Source: an uncultured virus (IMG/VR IMGVR_UViG_3300044557_000566) (taxonomy: Duplodnaviria > Heunggongvirae > Uroviricota > Caudoviricetes). Taken from it: DNA of 64,000 nucleotides. The notes beneath the pieces are model-generated. The model searched no databases, was not told where the DNA came from, and saw only the letters and a list, made by a program, of their open reading frames with translations. The stretch lies in IMG/VR virus record IMGVR_UViG_3300044557_000566. One strand, written 5' to 3'. Position 1 is the stretch's first letter; each line of letters starts with the position of its first letter. Positions 10,203 through 18,064 of this stretch are shown piece by piece. Position numbers and translations under genes: made by a program.

Positions 10203-10780
10203 TTATCTGTGAGGGTTAGATCTTTCAGATTGTAATTTACGAAGGCATTCTTTGCTACAAGATTTTCTAACCTTCCTTGATGTATAAGAAAACTCACGCC
10301 CACACGCTTCACAAACGCTAACTCTACTACGTTTTTTGAGCGTATTCAATCTTCTGCATTCAAAGTAATTAACAGAAGTACGACTCACAAAACCAGTACC
10401 GTTCAATGGAACATTGCTGGATGAAGTTTACGCATCGATTCTGAAGTTTTCTGTCTAGTTTTACTACTTTGAGACCAAGTTCTCGTAAGACTATTAGGAA
10501 TTTGCCCGTAGAATAATGGCTTAAGAGTTACAAACCATTTCATCTCTAGAAAATCCTTAATCCTATTGGAATTCTCGCATTGTTCAAGAATTTGAAATCT
10601 AAGAGCGTGAGGATCTCCACCGTGTCTATTAAACCACTTTATAAATTCCTTACGATTATGATTACCAGACTTCAAACCCTTTAAGTGAGCTTTCCATCGT
10701 TCTTGAATATCCTTAGATTGACCAACGTAAAGACACGCTCCGTTGTAAGAATCAAAAATTGCGTAAATCCCACAAGCCAT
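10203..10780 (-). pseudogene. GIY-YIG homing endonuclease, apparently frameshifted (nuclease domain 10403-10780, Zn-ribbon part 10203-10406)
   Basis: GIYAI...LYVGQSKDIQERWKAH; second frame has CEACG...SCSKEC; AT-rich. Confidence 0.7.
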
Positions 10781-10863
10781 TGCTTATTACCACCTTAATG
10801 TTTTAAGAAACAAACGTTAAGATATCATTAGTAATGAAAATCAATCCTCTCAAGAGGATATCG

Positions 10864-10934
10864 TACCCCATGATTGAGTTGAACAATCTTAAGATGTTTA
10901 TAAGACATCCTTGCGCTACCGGCGACAATGGGGT
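10864..10934 (-). tRNA. tRNA-Ile(TAT), atypical D arm
   Basis: Acceptor ACCCCAT/ATGGGGT, GATGT-CTTATAA-ACATC, T arm GATTG-TTCAACT-CAATC. Confidence 0.75.
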
Positions 10935-10946
10935 GAATGTCCACAA

Positions 10947-11046
10947 TATGGGTTCACCGTGATTAATCACGCCGTGAGCATGAGGACTAGGGTAAGGATA
11001 ACCTAACCCTCACCTTGACGGCAATTGGAATCACGGTGAACCCATA
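10947..11046 (-). ncRNA. Candidate rod-shaped ncRNA
   Basis: 18-bp perfect terminal stem; inner TGAGGGTTAGG/CCTAGTCCTCA pairs fully only on the minus strand (two G-U pairs). Confidence 0.5.
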
Positions 11047-11175
11047 ATTAATAGATATAGGAGGTTTCTCATGACTGATCAGATTCAATGCTGCCACAAT
11101 GATTCCCATGCAATGGAATCATTCCACTGATCCATCATGACCGATCCGGGGAAATGATCAAAACCCGGATCAGCG

Positions 11176-11250
11176 TAGCCATATCGGGGCTCGAACCCGA
11201 ATTCTCTTCATTGAAGGTGAAGTGAGATAAACCAGTTACTCTATATGGCC
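11176..11250 (-). tRNA. tRNA-Glu(TTC), C33
   Basis: CTTCA-CCTTCAA-TGAAG. Confidence 0.85.
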
Positions 11251-12380
11251 CTTCTAGTTCTCCCTAGCTTCCTAATAGGAACACCAAGAAAATTTAATCT
11301 ATTCTCTACAGTAGTATGAGAAATTCCTAATTGTTCAGCAATTGCGTCCATACTCATTTCCTTTATAGAATAACATTTCTGAATTTCATCATCTAGGTTA
11401 TTTGCTATTCCATATCTACCAAGTTGAGCACAAATTCGTGAACAATATGTTTTATCTTTAACTTTTCTTCTAAAGATTGTAAAATGTTTTCCGCAATAAT
11501 CACAAACATAATGGTATCCATCTTTAGGCGTTTTGTGTATTTCTTGAAGAAGCAATCCGTGTTCTTTTAAACATCTTCTCACATGATTCCTACTGATGTG
11601 AAGTTTCTTGGCTGTGTCATATGTACTGATTCCAGATTTATAGGTATCAATGATAATATCCTCAATACTATCAACTTCTTCATGATAACATTCATCTGCC
11701 TTTCTTGTTTTTGGATTTATTCTATTGTCGCAAGAAACATTATTGCGTTTCAAGAATTTATCTAAAGATCCTCGACTGATATGAAGTTTTAATGATATAT
11801 CGCGTATGGCAAAACCAGACCGATAAAGTTCGTTAATAGTATTTTCAATACCATCAATTTCGTCATGATAATGCTTTTCAGCTCGTTTCTTAATTTCTTC
11901 AGCTCCAAGACTGATTTCGGGGTCCAATCTATTAGGCCAAGGAGCACAGATAGCATGATTCATAAGACATTCACCAATATTACGGCCATATTTTATCAGT
12001 AATGTTTCCATCACGTCAAGATCTGTTTTAAACCACGCATAAGCAATGAATGTTTTAATAACATCACCCTCACTATTGGAATTAATGTGCTCCTTAACAT
12101 CCCTACCACTACTCTTATAACGACGCCAACCAGGATTGCCGCTATTGTGCTTATCTTTACTATAATAATCACAAGCTAACTTGCGCTGACCTATGTATGT
12201 CTTGCCATCAGACTTGGTTGTTATCAGATAAATATAACCGTATGGAGTATCATGCGGATCATGCTCAGTCTTAATCTCGTCAGACTTCAACCTGAACATG
12301 GTTCGTAGTCGCTCTACGCGTTCATGCAATGGTAATGATTCCATACGATATATGGCACCAATTAGTATCAAGAATCGCAC
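11241..12380 (-). CDS. GIY-YIG homing endonuclease with HTH/Zn-finger repeats (start possibly ATG 12299)
   Basis: YGYIYLIT...KTYIGQRK, repeated HTH (ISLKLHISR, AKKLHISR, AEQLGISH), CDYCG...YCSRIC; stop codon lies inside tRNA-Glu. Confidence 0.8.
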   Translation of the reverse strand: MRFLILIGAIYRMESLPLHERVERLRTMFRLKSDEIKTEHDPHDTPYGYIYLITTKSDGKTYIGQRKLACDYYSKDKHNSGNPGWRRYKSSGRDVKEHINSNSEGDVIKTFIAYAWFKTDLDVMETLLIKYGRNIGECLMNHAICAPWPNRLDPEISLGAEEIKKRAEKHYHDEIDGIENTINELYRSGFAIRDISLKLHISRGSLDKFLKRNNVSCDNRINPKTRKADECYHEEVDSIEDIIIDTYKSGISTYDTAKKLHISRNHVRRCLKEHGLLLQEIHKTPKDGYHYVCDYCGKHFTIFRRKVKDKTYCSRICAQLGRYGIANNLDDEIQKCYSIKEMSMDAIAEQLGISHTTVENRLNFLGVPIRKLGRTRRAI

Positions 12381-12406
12381 AAATTATGACCCTTTAGGGT
12401 CATAAG

Positions 12407-12480
12407 CGCCCCGAACAGGATTCGAACCTGCAACCTACTGGGTAGAAACCAGCCGCTCTGATCCATTGGGCTACCGAGGC
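12407..12480 (-). tRNA. tRNA-Arg(TCT)
   Basis: GCTGG-TTTCTAC-CCAGT. Confidence 0.9.
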
Positions 12481-12577
12481 ATTAGGATTGGCGTGGTCGC
12501 GGATAAGACGATTATTCCACATTTTCATTTTTCAGATTCAGCCGATCCTCTATATAATCAACCGGCTACCAATCCAG

Positions 12578-12651
12578 TGCCCGCAGTCGGATTCGAACCG
12601 GCAACCTTCTCCTTAGGGGGGAGACGCTCTATCCAGTTGGGCTATGCGGGC
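12578..12651 (-). tRNA. tRNA-Arg(CCT), C33
   Basis: TCTCC-CCCCTAA-GGAGA. Confidence 0.9.
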
Positions 12652-12656
12652 ATGAT

Positions 12657-12770
12657 GCAGACGTGATGAACGCGATCAGGAAGAATCTTTTCCATCAGAC
12701 CACCGACATGCATAAGAGTCGGGCGGGATTCGAACCCGCATCTCTTCCATTACGCGCTCACCGCGTCTGT
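12657..12770 (-). ncRNA. Circularly permuted tRNA-like RNA (Y RNA/YrlA-type architecture)
   Basis: Long terminal stem, then T arm GCGGG-TTCGAAT-CCCGC, loop-closed acceptor CCGAC/GTCGG, then D arm GTCT-GATGGAAA-AGAT. Confidence 0.7.
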
Positions 12771-12828
12771 GCTCGGGGATTCCGGAATCCCCGCTTGAAA
12801 CCGCACGGTTGCAATCCATGCGGCCAAG

Positions 12829-12911
12829 TGCCCCGAGCGGGAGTCGAACCCGCACTTCCGAGGAAAGTTCTTTTTAAGAGAACCGCGTATACCAATTCCA
12901 GCCATCGGGGC
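12829..12911 (-). tRNA. tRNA-Leu(TAA)
   Basis: GTTCT-CTTAAAA-AGAAC, long variable arm. Confidence 0.9.
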
Positions 12912-13011
12912 GTTGGATGAGTTTACCGACATCATTAGGTCTAAGTATAAACGCTATTCCATTATCAAGCATTTGTTCACATTCACACGGTCAACGTGGC
13001 GAACAGTATTC

Positions 13012-13050
13012 ATTATATCACGGTGCTGCGTGCTTGACAACGGCGTGTCG
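13012..13050 (-). promoter_or_regulatory. Internal sigma-A promoter of the tRNA array
   Basis: CGACACGCCG-TTGTCA-17 nt-TATAAT with extended -10 TG. Confidence 0.7.
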
Positions 13051-13084
13051 CAATCCCCCGCTATAAGTTTTGAATAATGGTCAG

Positions 13085-13156
13085 ACGTGGAGACGGGATT
13101 CGAACCCGCGTATAATTGAATTGCGGTCAATTGCCTAACCATTTGGCTACTCCACG
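13085..13156 (-). tRNA. tRNA-Cys(GCA), C33
   Basis: ATTGA-CCGCAAT-TCAAT, U73. Confidence 0.85.
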
Positions 13157-13157
13157 G

Positions 13158-13229
13158 TACGGGCAGATCGAGTTGAACGATCCTTGCTTCTGTATCAGAG
13201 AAGTGTACTCACCGATGTACGATGCCCGC
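13158..13229 (-). tRNA. tRNA-Ile(GAT), divergent
   Basis: CTTCT-CTGATAC-AGAAG. Confidence 0.75.
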
Positions 13230-13281
13230 GTATTCTACTCATTCTGCTGTTCGCGTGTGAGCACGAGGAGCGTGCTCATCG

Positions 13282-13355
13282 TCACAACGGGAGGACTCGA
13301 ACCTCCGACATCCTGATTATGATTCAGGCGCTCTCACCAGCTGAGCTACGTTGCG
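13282..13355 (-). tRNA. tRNA-Met(CAT), elongator
   Basis: CCTGA-ATCATAA-TCAGG. Confidence 0.85.
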
Positions 13356-13466
13356 TTACGAGATATAGACGGTCACGGCTGAGTCTACGATCAGTAAACA
13401 TCCCCGCGGGCTGTGCGGCCACATGCCAGCGCTTCCTCCTATTGAAAGTCGCGCAAGCACCCACCG

Positions 13467-13538
13467 TGGATCCAACGAGAGTCGAACTCGCCACATCCTC
13501 CGTGCGGGGGAGGATCGCCACCATCGGCATTTGGACCC
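13467..13538 (-). tRNA. tRNA-Ala(CGC), C33
   Basis: CCTCC-CCCGCAC-GGAGG, G3:U70. Confidence 0.8.
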
Positions 13539-13633
13539 ATAATAATGAATGTTATAATTGTGCTCGATTCGACATGCTGGTACGATGTACTAGAACCTCG
13601 ATAGGGACCATAATGCTTCCATCATGATCCTCG

Positions 13634-13707
13634 TGCGAATGGATCGGCTTGAACGATTGACATCATCCTTATCAGGAATGCGCTCTAACCATCTGAGCTA
13701 CATCCGC
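13634..13707 (-). tRNA. tRNA-Ile(GAT)
   Basis: CATTC-CTGATAA-GGATG. Confidence 0.85.
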
Positions 13708-13738
13708 GAGCCTTATAAATAGTTGAATAAGGAGTCAA

Positions 13739-14155
13739 TCAATTTGACAAACTTTTAATCGCGTTAATCACTTCTGTGCACTCCTTAACTTGTAATGATT
13801 CCACGCCATAACGATCAGCCACATTTTCAAGACGTGCTTCAAAGCTTACAAGATCCCCGCGTGAATCAACAGACATATCAGCCTTATTAAGGAGTATTCC
13901 TAACGTAGTATTCAGACCTTCCATCGTACCATGCGCTGCTACTTCTTTCCAGTGAACATAACCTTGGGATCTTAGCAAATCACCACCAATCTTAGCGTGA
14001 GTACGATTGTCCCCAATCATGTACCCAAGATCATGCACCCATCCTAATAATGCTGCTTCTTGAGGATCAAGCCCATATTCTGATGCATGATTAAACATGT
14101 ATTCTGCTACTCCTCGTGAGTGTGAAGCCCTAGTAGAATCAATAAAACTAATCAA
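13739..14155 (-). CDS. HD-domain phosphohydrolase
   Basis: HSRGVA...GWVHDLGY...H...AH...LNKAD. Confidence 0.85.
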   Translation of the reverse strand: MISFIDSTRASHSRGVAEYMFNHASEYGLDPQEAALLGWVHDLGYMIGDNRTHAKIGGDLLRSQGYVHWKEVAAHGTMEGLNTTLGILLNKADMSVDSRGDLVSFEARLENVADRYGVESLQVKECTEVINAIKSLSN

Positions 14156-14210
14156 TAATTCTCCTTATTAATAAATTGACACTCGAACGTACAAACCCAT
14201 AACTAGGGTA

Positions 14211-14248
14211 CGTGCGGGGGAGGATCGCCACCAGCGGCATTTGGACCC
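14211..14248 (-). pseudogene. 5' half of tRNA-Ala(CGC), truncated just after the anticodon loop
   Basis: 37/38 identity to 13501-13538. Confidence 0.75.
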
Positions 14249-14279
14249 AGGTAATGCTAACCGTATGGCTAGCATATCG

Positions 14280-14354
14280 TGCGGATGATGTGACTTGAAC
14301 ACATGACCTCATTCTTATCAGGAATGCGCTGCTAACCATCTGAGCTACATCCGC
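14280..14354 (-). tRNA. tRNA-Ile(GAT)
   Basis: CATTC-CTGATAA-GAATG. Confidence 0.9.
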
Positions 14355-14403
14355 ATGTCTCATATAATGAATGACGGGCAGCAAGCCACGCCGATGATGG
14401 TCA

Positions 14404-14493
14404 GGTTCAACCCCTCTACGCTGGGAATACCCGCGTTGTCAGACGCTTGCCCACTGAGCGCGGAGAGGTTCAACCCCTCTACGCTGGGAATAC
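14404..14493 (-). CRISPR. Mini-array: two identical variant repeats and one spacer
   Basis: GGTTCAACCCCTCTACGCTGGGAATAC at 14404 and 14467; three differences from the main-array repeat. Confidence 0.8.
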
Positions 14494-14536
14494 CTCCTAG
14501 GTCATCCGGGTACAATCATCTACTCCCCTCACCACG

Positions 14537-14609
14537 AGCCAGCACCCGGAATCGGACCGGGGACCTTCTCATTACGAGTGAGACGCTCTACCATCTGAGC
14601 TATGCGGGC
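14537..14609 (-). tRNA. tRNA-Thr(CGT)
   Basis: TCTCA-CTCGTAA-TGAGA. Confidence 0.85.
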
Positions 14610-14786
14610 ATACACGATTTTATCCAGATCGTGAACTGGTTGGCGCGCCCTTAGTTAGATGCCGGTCAATCACTTCCACCAATTGTTAGCATCGTTCCCG
14701 CGAACAGCACGCGGACGCCATCCCGCGTGACACTCACCCGAGTACGGTTCGGAGGTTGGGGCTGTGGACACTCCGATGGAGAGACG

Positions 14787-14860
14787 TGTTCGCAGCTGGA
14801 TTTGGACCAGCGACCGCCTCCGTGTCAGGGAGGAACGCTACCGGACTGCGCCATGCGAAC
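14787..14860 (-). tRNA. tRNA-Val(GAC)
   Basis: CCTCC-CTGACAC-GGAGG. Confidence 0.85.
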
Positions 14861-14922
14861 ATATGAGACCAAGACGCCTGATCCACAGGCAATCAACGAT
14901 TGCCATGGACGTGGACGCGGAG

Positions 14923-14995
14923 AGCCAACAGATGGAATCGAACCATCGACCTTCTCATTACTGGTGAGACGCTCTACCAACTGAGCTATGCAGGC
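14923..14995 (-). tRNA. tRNA-Thr(AGT), A34 and C33
   Basis: TCTCA-CCAGTAA-TGAGA. Confidence 0.85.
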
Positions 14996-15102
14996 AAGAT
15001 GGACGGCTTGGGTGATCCCATTTGCCGTCACGACTCGAAGCATGAACCCGCCAGTTCATGTTTCTCATCGTGACGGCCGCACTACTAGGAATACCGTCAA
15101 TG

Positions 15103-15176
15103 TGCCTCCAGCCGGGTTCGAACCGGCGGCATCTTGTTTCGAAGACAAGCGCTCTGATCCGCTGAGCTATGGAGGC
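15103..15176 (-). tRNA. tRNA-Arg(TCG)
   Basis: CTTGT-CTTCGAA-ACAAG. Confidence 0.9.
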
Positions 15177-15186
15177 AAGTAGTGAT

Positions 15187-15265
15187 TGGCGAGGCGTGCA
15201 ACCATGCTGCATCTGCGGAATCGGACCGGTGCAGGAATACGGACTCGAGCCGTTACCCTTCGCCA
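15187..15265 (-). ncRNA. Second candidate permuted tRNA-like (Y-like) RNA
   Basis: TGGCGAAGG/CCTCGCCA closing stem; ACGG-CTCGAGT-CCGT, CTGC/GCAG and TGCAGC-ATG-GTTGCA in T-acceptor-D order. Confidence 0.4.
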
Positions 15266-15308
15266 CGGGGCAACCAGCCCCAATCCTACCACACCGGGTA
15301 GGACGCAG

Positions 15309-15381
15309 TTCTCCCAATCGGTCTCGAACCGATGACACCCTGCTTAAGAGGCAGGTGCTCTACCATCTGAGCTATAGGAGC
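15309..15381 (-). tRNA. tRNA-Lys(CTT)
   Basis: CCTGC-CTCTTAA-GCAGG; 1:72 mismatch. Confidence 0.85.
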
Positions 15382-15419
15382 ATTATCTCCCAAATCATCA
15401 ATCACAATGACTGGAATTG

Positions 15420-15493
15420 GGTGACTGGAGGAACTCGAATCCTCGACCTGCTGAACCACAATCAGCCGCTCTAACCATCTGAGCTACAGCCAC
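15420..15493 (-). tRNA. tRNA-His(GTG)
   Basis: GCTGA-TTGTGGT-TCAGC, C73. Confidence 0.9.
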
Positions 15494-15495
15494 AG

Positions 15496-15568
15496 CTCCC
15501 CGTGAAGGATTCGAACCTCCAACCTCTGCATTCAGAGTGCAGCGCACGGCCAAACATGCTGACGGGGA
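15496..15568 (-). tRNA. tRNA-Gln(CTG)
   Basis: CTGCA-CTCTGAA-TGCAG. Confidence 0.85.
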
Positions 15569-15609
15569 ATATTAGGACTCATTGAGATTACTATTCTCAA
15601 TGCTTCCAG

Positions 15610-15680
15610 CTGCCCACCATGGATTCGAACCATGCTTGGAGGTACCAAAAGCCTCAGTCCTGCCAATAGACGAGTGGGCA
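15610..15680 (-). tRNA. tRNA-Gln(TTG)
   Basis: Anticodon loop TTTTGGT, U1:A72. Confidence 0.85.
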
Positions 15681-15941
15681 ATATGAAAATCCAGCTCTTA
15701 ACGGAAGCTGGAATGAAGCTCTTAATATGCGAATCCGCACTAGACTATCGTTCTCAATGATTCCTAGTTTCTAGTATCATTGCGTCCATGAGCTACCGAC
15801 GTCCAAGTGAATGGCGGTCAAGCACATGCGAGTACAGTGATCTCTATGATCACAAATGATGCTCACATTGGATTAACGCTTAACCAGATCCGCTGCAGTC
15901 CAGTTCGAGAGGCGGGCGTGGTGCGCACGCAAGCCGCCAAG

Positions 15942-16014
15942 TGCTCTCAGTGGGATTCGAACCCGCAGCCTCCTGTTCCGTAGACAGACGCTCTATCCGT
16001 TGAGCTATGAGAGC
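15942..16014 (-). tRNA. tRNA-Arg(ACG)
   Basis: TCTGT-CTACGGA-ACAGG. Confidence 0.9.
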
Positions 16015-16047
16015 AAAATAACAAAAACGACTCTAAAAGCCATTTCG

Positions 16048-16119
16048 TGCCCCATGGGAATTCTGCCATCCCGACCCGATGCTTAAAAGGCACCTGTTCT
16101 CCTTCTGAACTAATGAGGC
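16048..16119 (-). tRNA. tRNA-Lys(TTT), non-canonical T loop
   Basis: GGTGC-CTTTTAA-GCATC; T arm GGGA-TGGCAGAAT-TCCC. Confidence 0.7.
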
Positions 16120-16346
16120 AAATATAAGATTTGATGGAAGCATAGCCTGGTCATGGCTCCAATCCATGTTACCATCCCGTCACCATGATTACGATTGCTA
16201 GCATTACCGTCATCATGATGGCTGCGAGTCACGTTCTATACGCTCATGGTCCGGAGTCTAACCGGATCCCATTGGAGACCTGCACTCCACTCTCGCACAG
16301 CTACGAGCCGCCCATCCTATCCTCATAAGAGGTAAGGATCGCATCG

Positions 16347-16418
16347 TACGCCCGCCGGAACTTGAATCCGGTCCAGCGGTTTTGGAGACCATTATGCTTC
16401 CAATCACACTACAGACGA
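16347..16418 (-). tRNA. tRNA-Trp(CCA)
   Basis: Anticodon loop CTCCAAA. Confidence 0.75.
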
Positions 16419-16420
16419 CG

Positions 16421-16494
16421 TGCCCTCCACGGGATTCGAACCCGCACTGAACAGCTCCTAAGGCTGTTGCCTCTGCCAGTTGGGCTAAGAGGGC
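16421..16494 (-). tRNA. tRNA-Leu(TAG), short variable arm
   Basis: ACAGC-CTTAGGA-GCTGT. Confidence 0.9.
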
Positions 16495-16693
16495 TTGAAT
16501 GCGCAATAAATGGTGGGTTTATTGTCATCACCGGGACATTGACGCCACGCGTTCATCCAGAGCATTCGCTGGGGACAACCGGTCAGGCTTGGTGTTACGA
16601 TTCTATCGTAACACACAACTGCGAATCGTGATGATTGGCGTGTCTTAAGTGTGAGCAGGTGAGCCCCATCTGAGGGGATGATGCTCAAGCGCG

Positions 16694-16766
16694 TGGAACC
16701 GGGGGGAGTCGAACCCTCTACCTCTTCCGTGCTGGGGAAGCGCTCTACCAGTTGAGCTACGGTCCC
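16694..16766 (-). tRNA. tRNA-Ala(AGC), A34 and C33
   Basis: CTTCC-CCAGCAC-GGAAG, G3:U70. Confidence 0.9.
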
Positions 16767-16767
16767 G

Positions 16768-16839
16768 CACGTCGGCAAGGAATCGAACCCTGATCGGGAG
16801 GTTTGGAAGCTCCTGTCCTTCCAGTTGGACGACCGACGC
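16768..16839 (-). tRNA. tRNA-Trp(CCA)
   Basis: Anticodon loop TTCCAAA, G73. Confidence 0.8.
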
Positions 16840-16849
16840 ATGATGCGGA

Positions 16850-16919
16850 CAATGAGTAGGACTGTCGCGCCCGCCTGGCATGAAGCCAGGCAGCGGGTTA
16901 AACCCCGCTGTACTCATTG
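16850..16919 (-). ncRNA. Candidate four-way-junction RNA (permuted tRNA-like)
   Basis: 9-bp closing stem CAATGAGTA/TACTCATTG enclosing 5-, 7- and 4-bp hairpins. Confidence 0.45.
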
Positions 16920-16977
16920 CCCTGATATGATGATGTAGACGAGGTCACAGCCACCCTATCATTCGTCTACACCAGCG

Positions 16978-17057
16978 TGGTGCGTGAGGGACTCGAACCC
17001 CCGTACCCGAGAGAGCTGATTTACAGTCAGCCGCATTTGCCGCTCTGCCAACGCACC
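16978..17057 (-). tRNA. tRNA-Tyr(GTA)
   Basis: GCTGA-CTGTAAA-TCAGC. Confidence 0.9.
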
Positions 17058-17149
17058 ATGTGATCACCGCTGGGCTGCTGTGCTTCCACCCTGACCCTGT
17101 GACGATGACGGCGACCCGTGAGTACATTATATGCTCACACCGTCGCCAG

Positions 17150-17223
17150 TGCCGACAGTCCGGGTCGAACGGACAACCTCCGAGGCTTCAACTCGGCGCT
17201 CTTGCCAATTGAGCTATGACGGC
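17150..17223 (-). tRNA. tRNA-Phe(GAA)
   Basis: CCGAG-TTGAAGC-CTCGG. Confidence 0.9.
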
Positions 17224-17224
17224 G

Positions 17225-17307
17225 TGCATCCAGTCTGATTTGAACAGACATGCCTTATCGGCAATGGCTTCTGAAGCCATCGTGTATACCAGTTTCACCA
17301 TGAATGC
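17225..17307 (-). tRNA. tRNA-Leu(CAG), long variable arm
   Basis: ATGGC-TTCAGAA-GCCAT. Confidence 0.85.
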
Positions 17308-17449
17308 AAATGGCGGCTTCCCCGCCAGCACTGGTGTTCTCATCGAACGAGCAATGGCGTTGAACGGGCGCATCACAGACTGAACCTCATCCAACCGATG
17401 GGATTTTTACCAGACTGAACCCTGGAGTGCCTTTGCCGTGGCTCCGCCG

Positions 17450-17514
17450 TAGTCTCAACAGGACTCGAACCTGATTCGTCTGACATGGGAGGCAGACGTA
17501 CTACCAATGAGACA
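17450..17514 (-). ncRNA. D-armless tRNA-like element
   Basis: Acceptor GTCTCA/TGAGAC, T arm CAGG-TTCGAGT-CCTG, 6-bp CGTCTG/CAGACG arm, no D stem. Confidence 0.55.
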
Positions 17515-17654
17515 TTTCTAAATTATGTAGACAATAGCATGAATGTGGGCGTTGCACCCACAGGGTCGCTATAGCATTCGGCTCGTTAGTGGTCACGACT
17601 AACCATGATAATCTTTACGATTATGCTGCTAACTCAAAGCCTACTGATACTGCG

Positions 17655-17743
17655 CGGTTGATGAGGGATTCGAACCCCCGGTGGACGTTAATCCACGCTT
17701 GTTTAGTAGACAAGTGCCATAAGCCAGACTCGGCCAATCAACC
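17655..17743 (-). tRNA. tRNA-Ser(ACT), A34
   Basis: CTTGT-CTACTAA-ACAAG, long variable arm, G73. Confidence 0.9.
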
Positions 17744-17941
17744 ATATGATTGCTTGACGGACAATCATGAGGACAAAGCTCCGCGGAGCGCTCCGCCCAC
17801 CGGCTAGGCCATCAACCCAGCGTAATGTGCGTCCCTGCTTGCAGATGCTGTCAGGATTCCTCATCTGCATGTCCATCCTCACAATAAGTCCTGTCATTAT
17901 TGGATGGGCTGGCTAGATACGTTGCCATATCCAGGGGCGCG

Positions 17942-18028
17942 CGGATGATGGGGGATTTGAACCCTCGGTGGTGTGACCCACTCCGTCTTTCGAGGACGGT
18001 GCACTAAACCAGACTATGCGAATCATCC
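17942..18028 (-). tRNA. tRNA-Ser(CGA)
   Basis: CCGTC-CTCGAAA-GACGG. Confidence 0.9.
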
Positions 18029-18064
18029 ATATGCTGATCATGTGGCCATTGGCAGCAAGATCCG

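Noticed and set aside
10947..11046. SRP (4.5S) RNA
   Set aside because: Lacks the conserved CAGG-GGAA-AGCAG domain IV motif.
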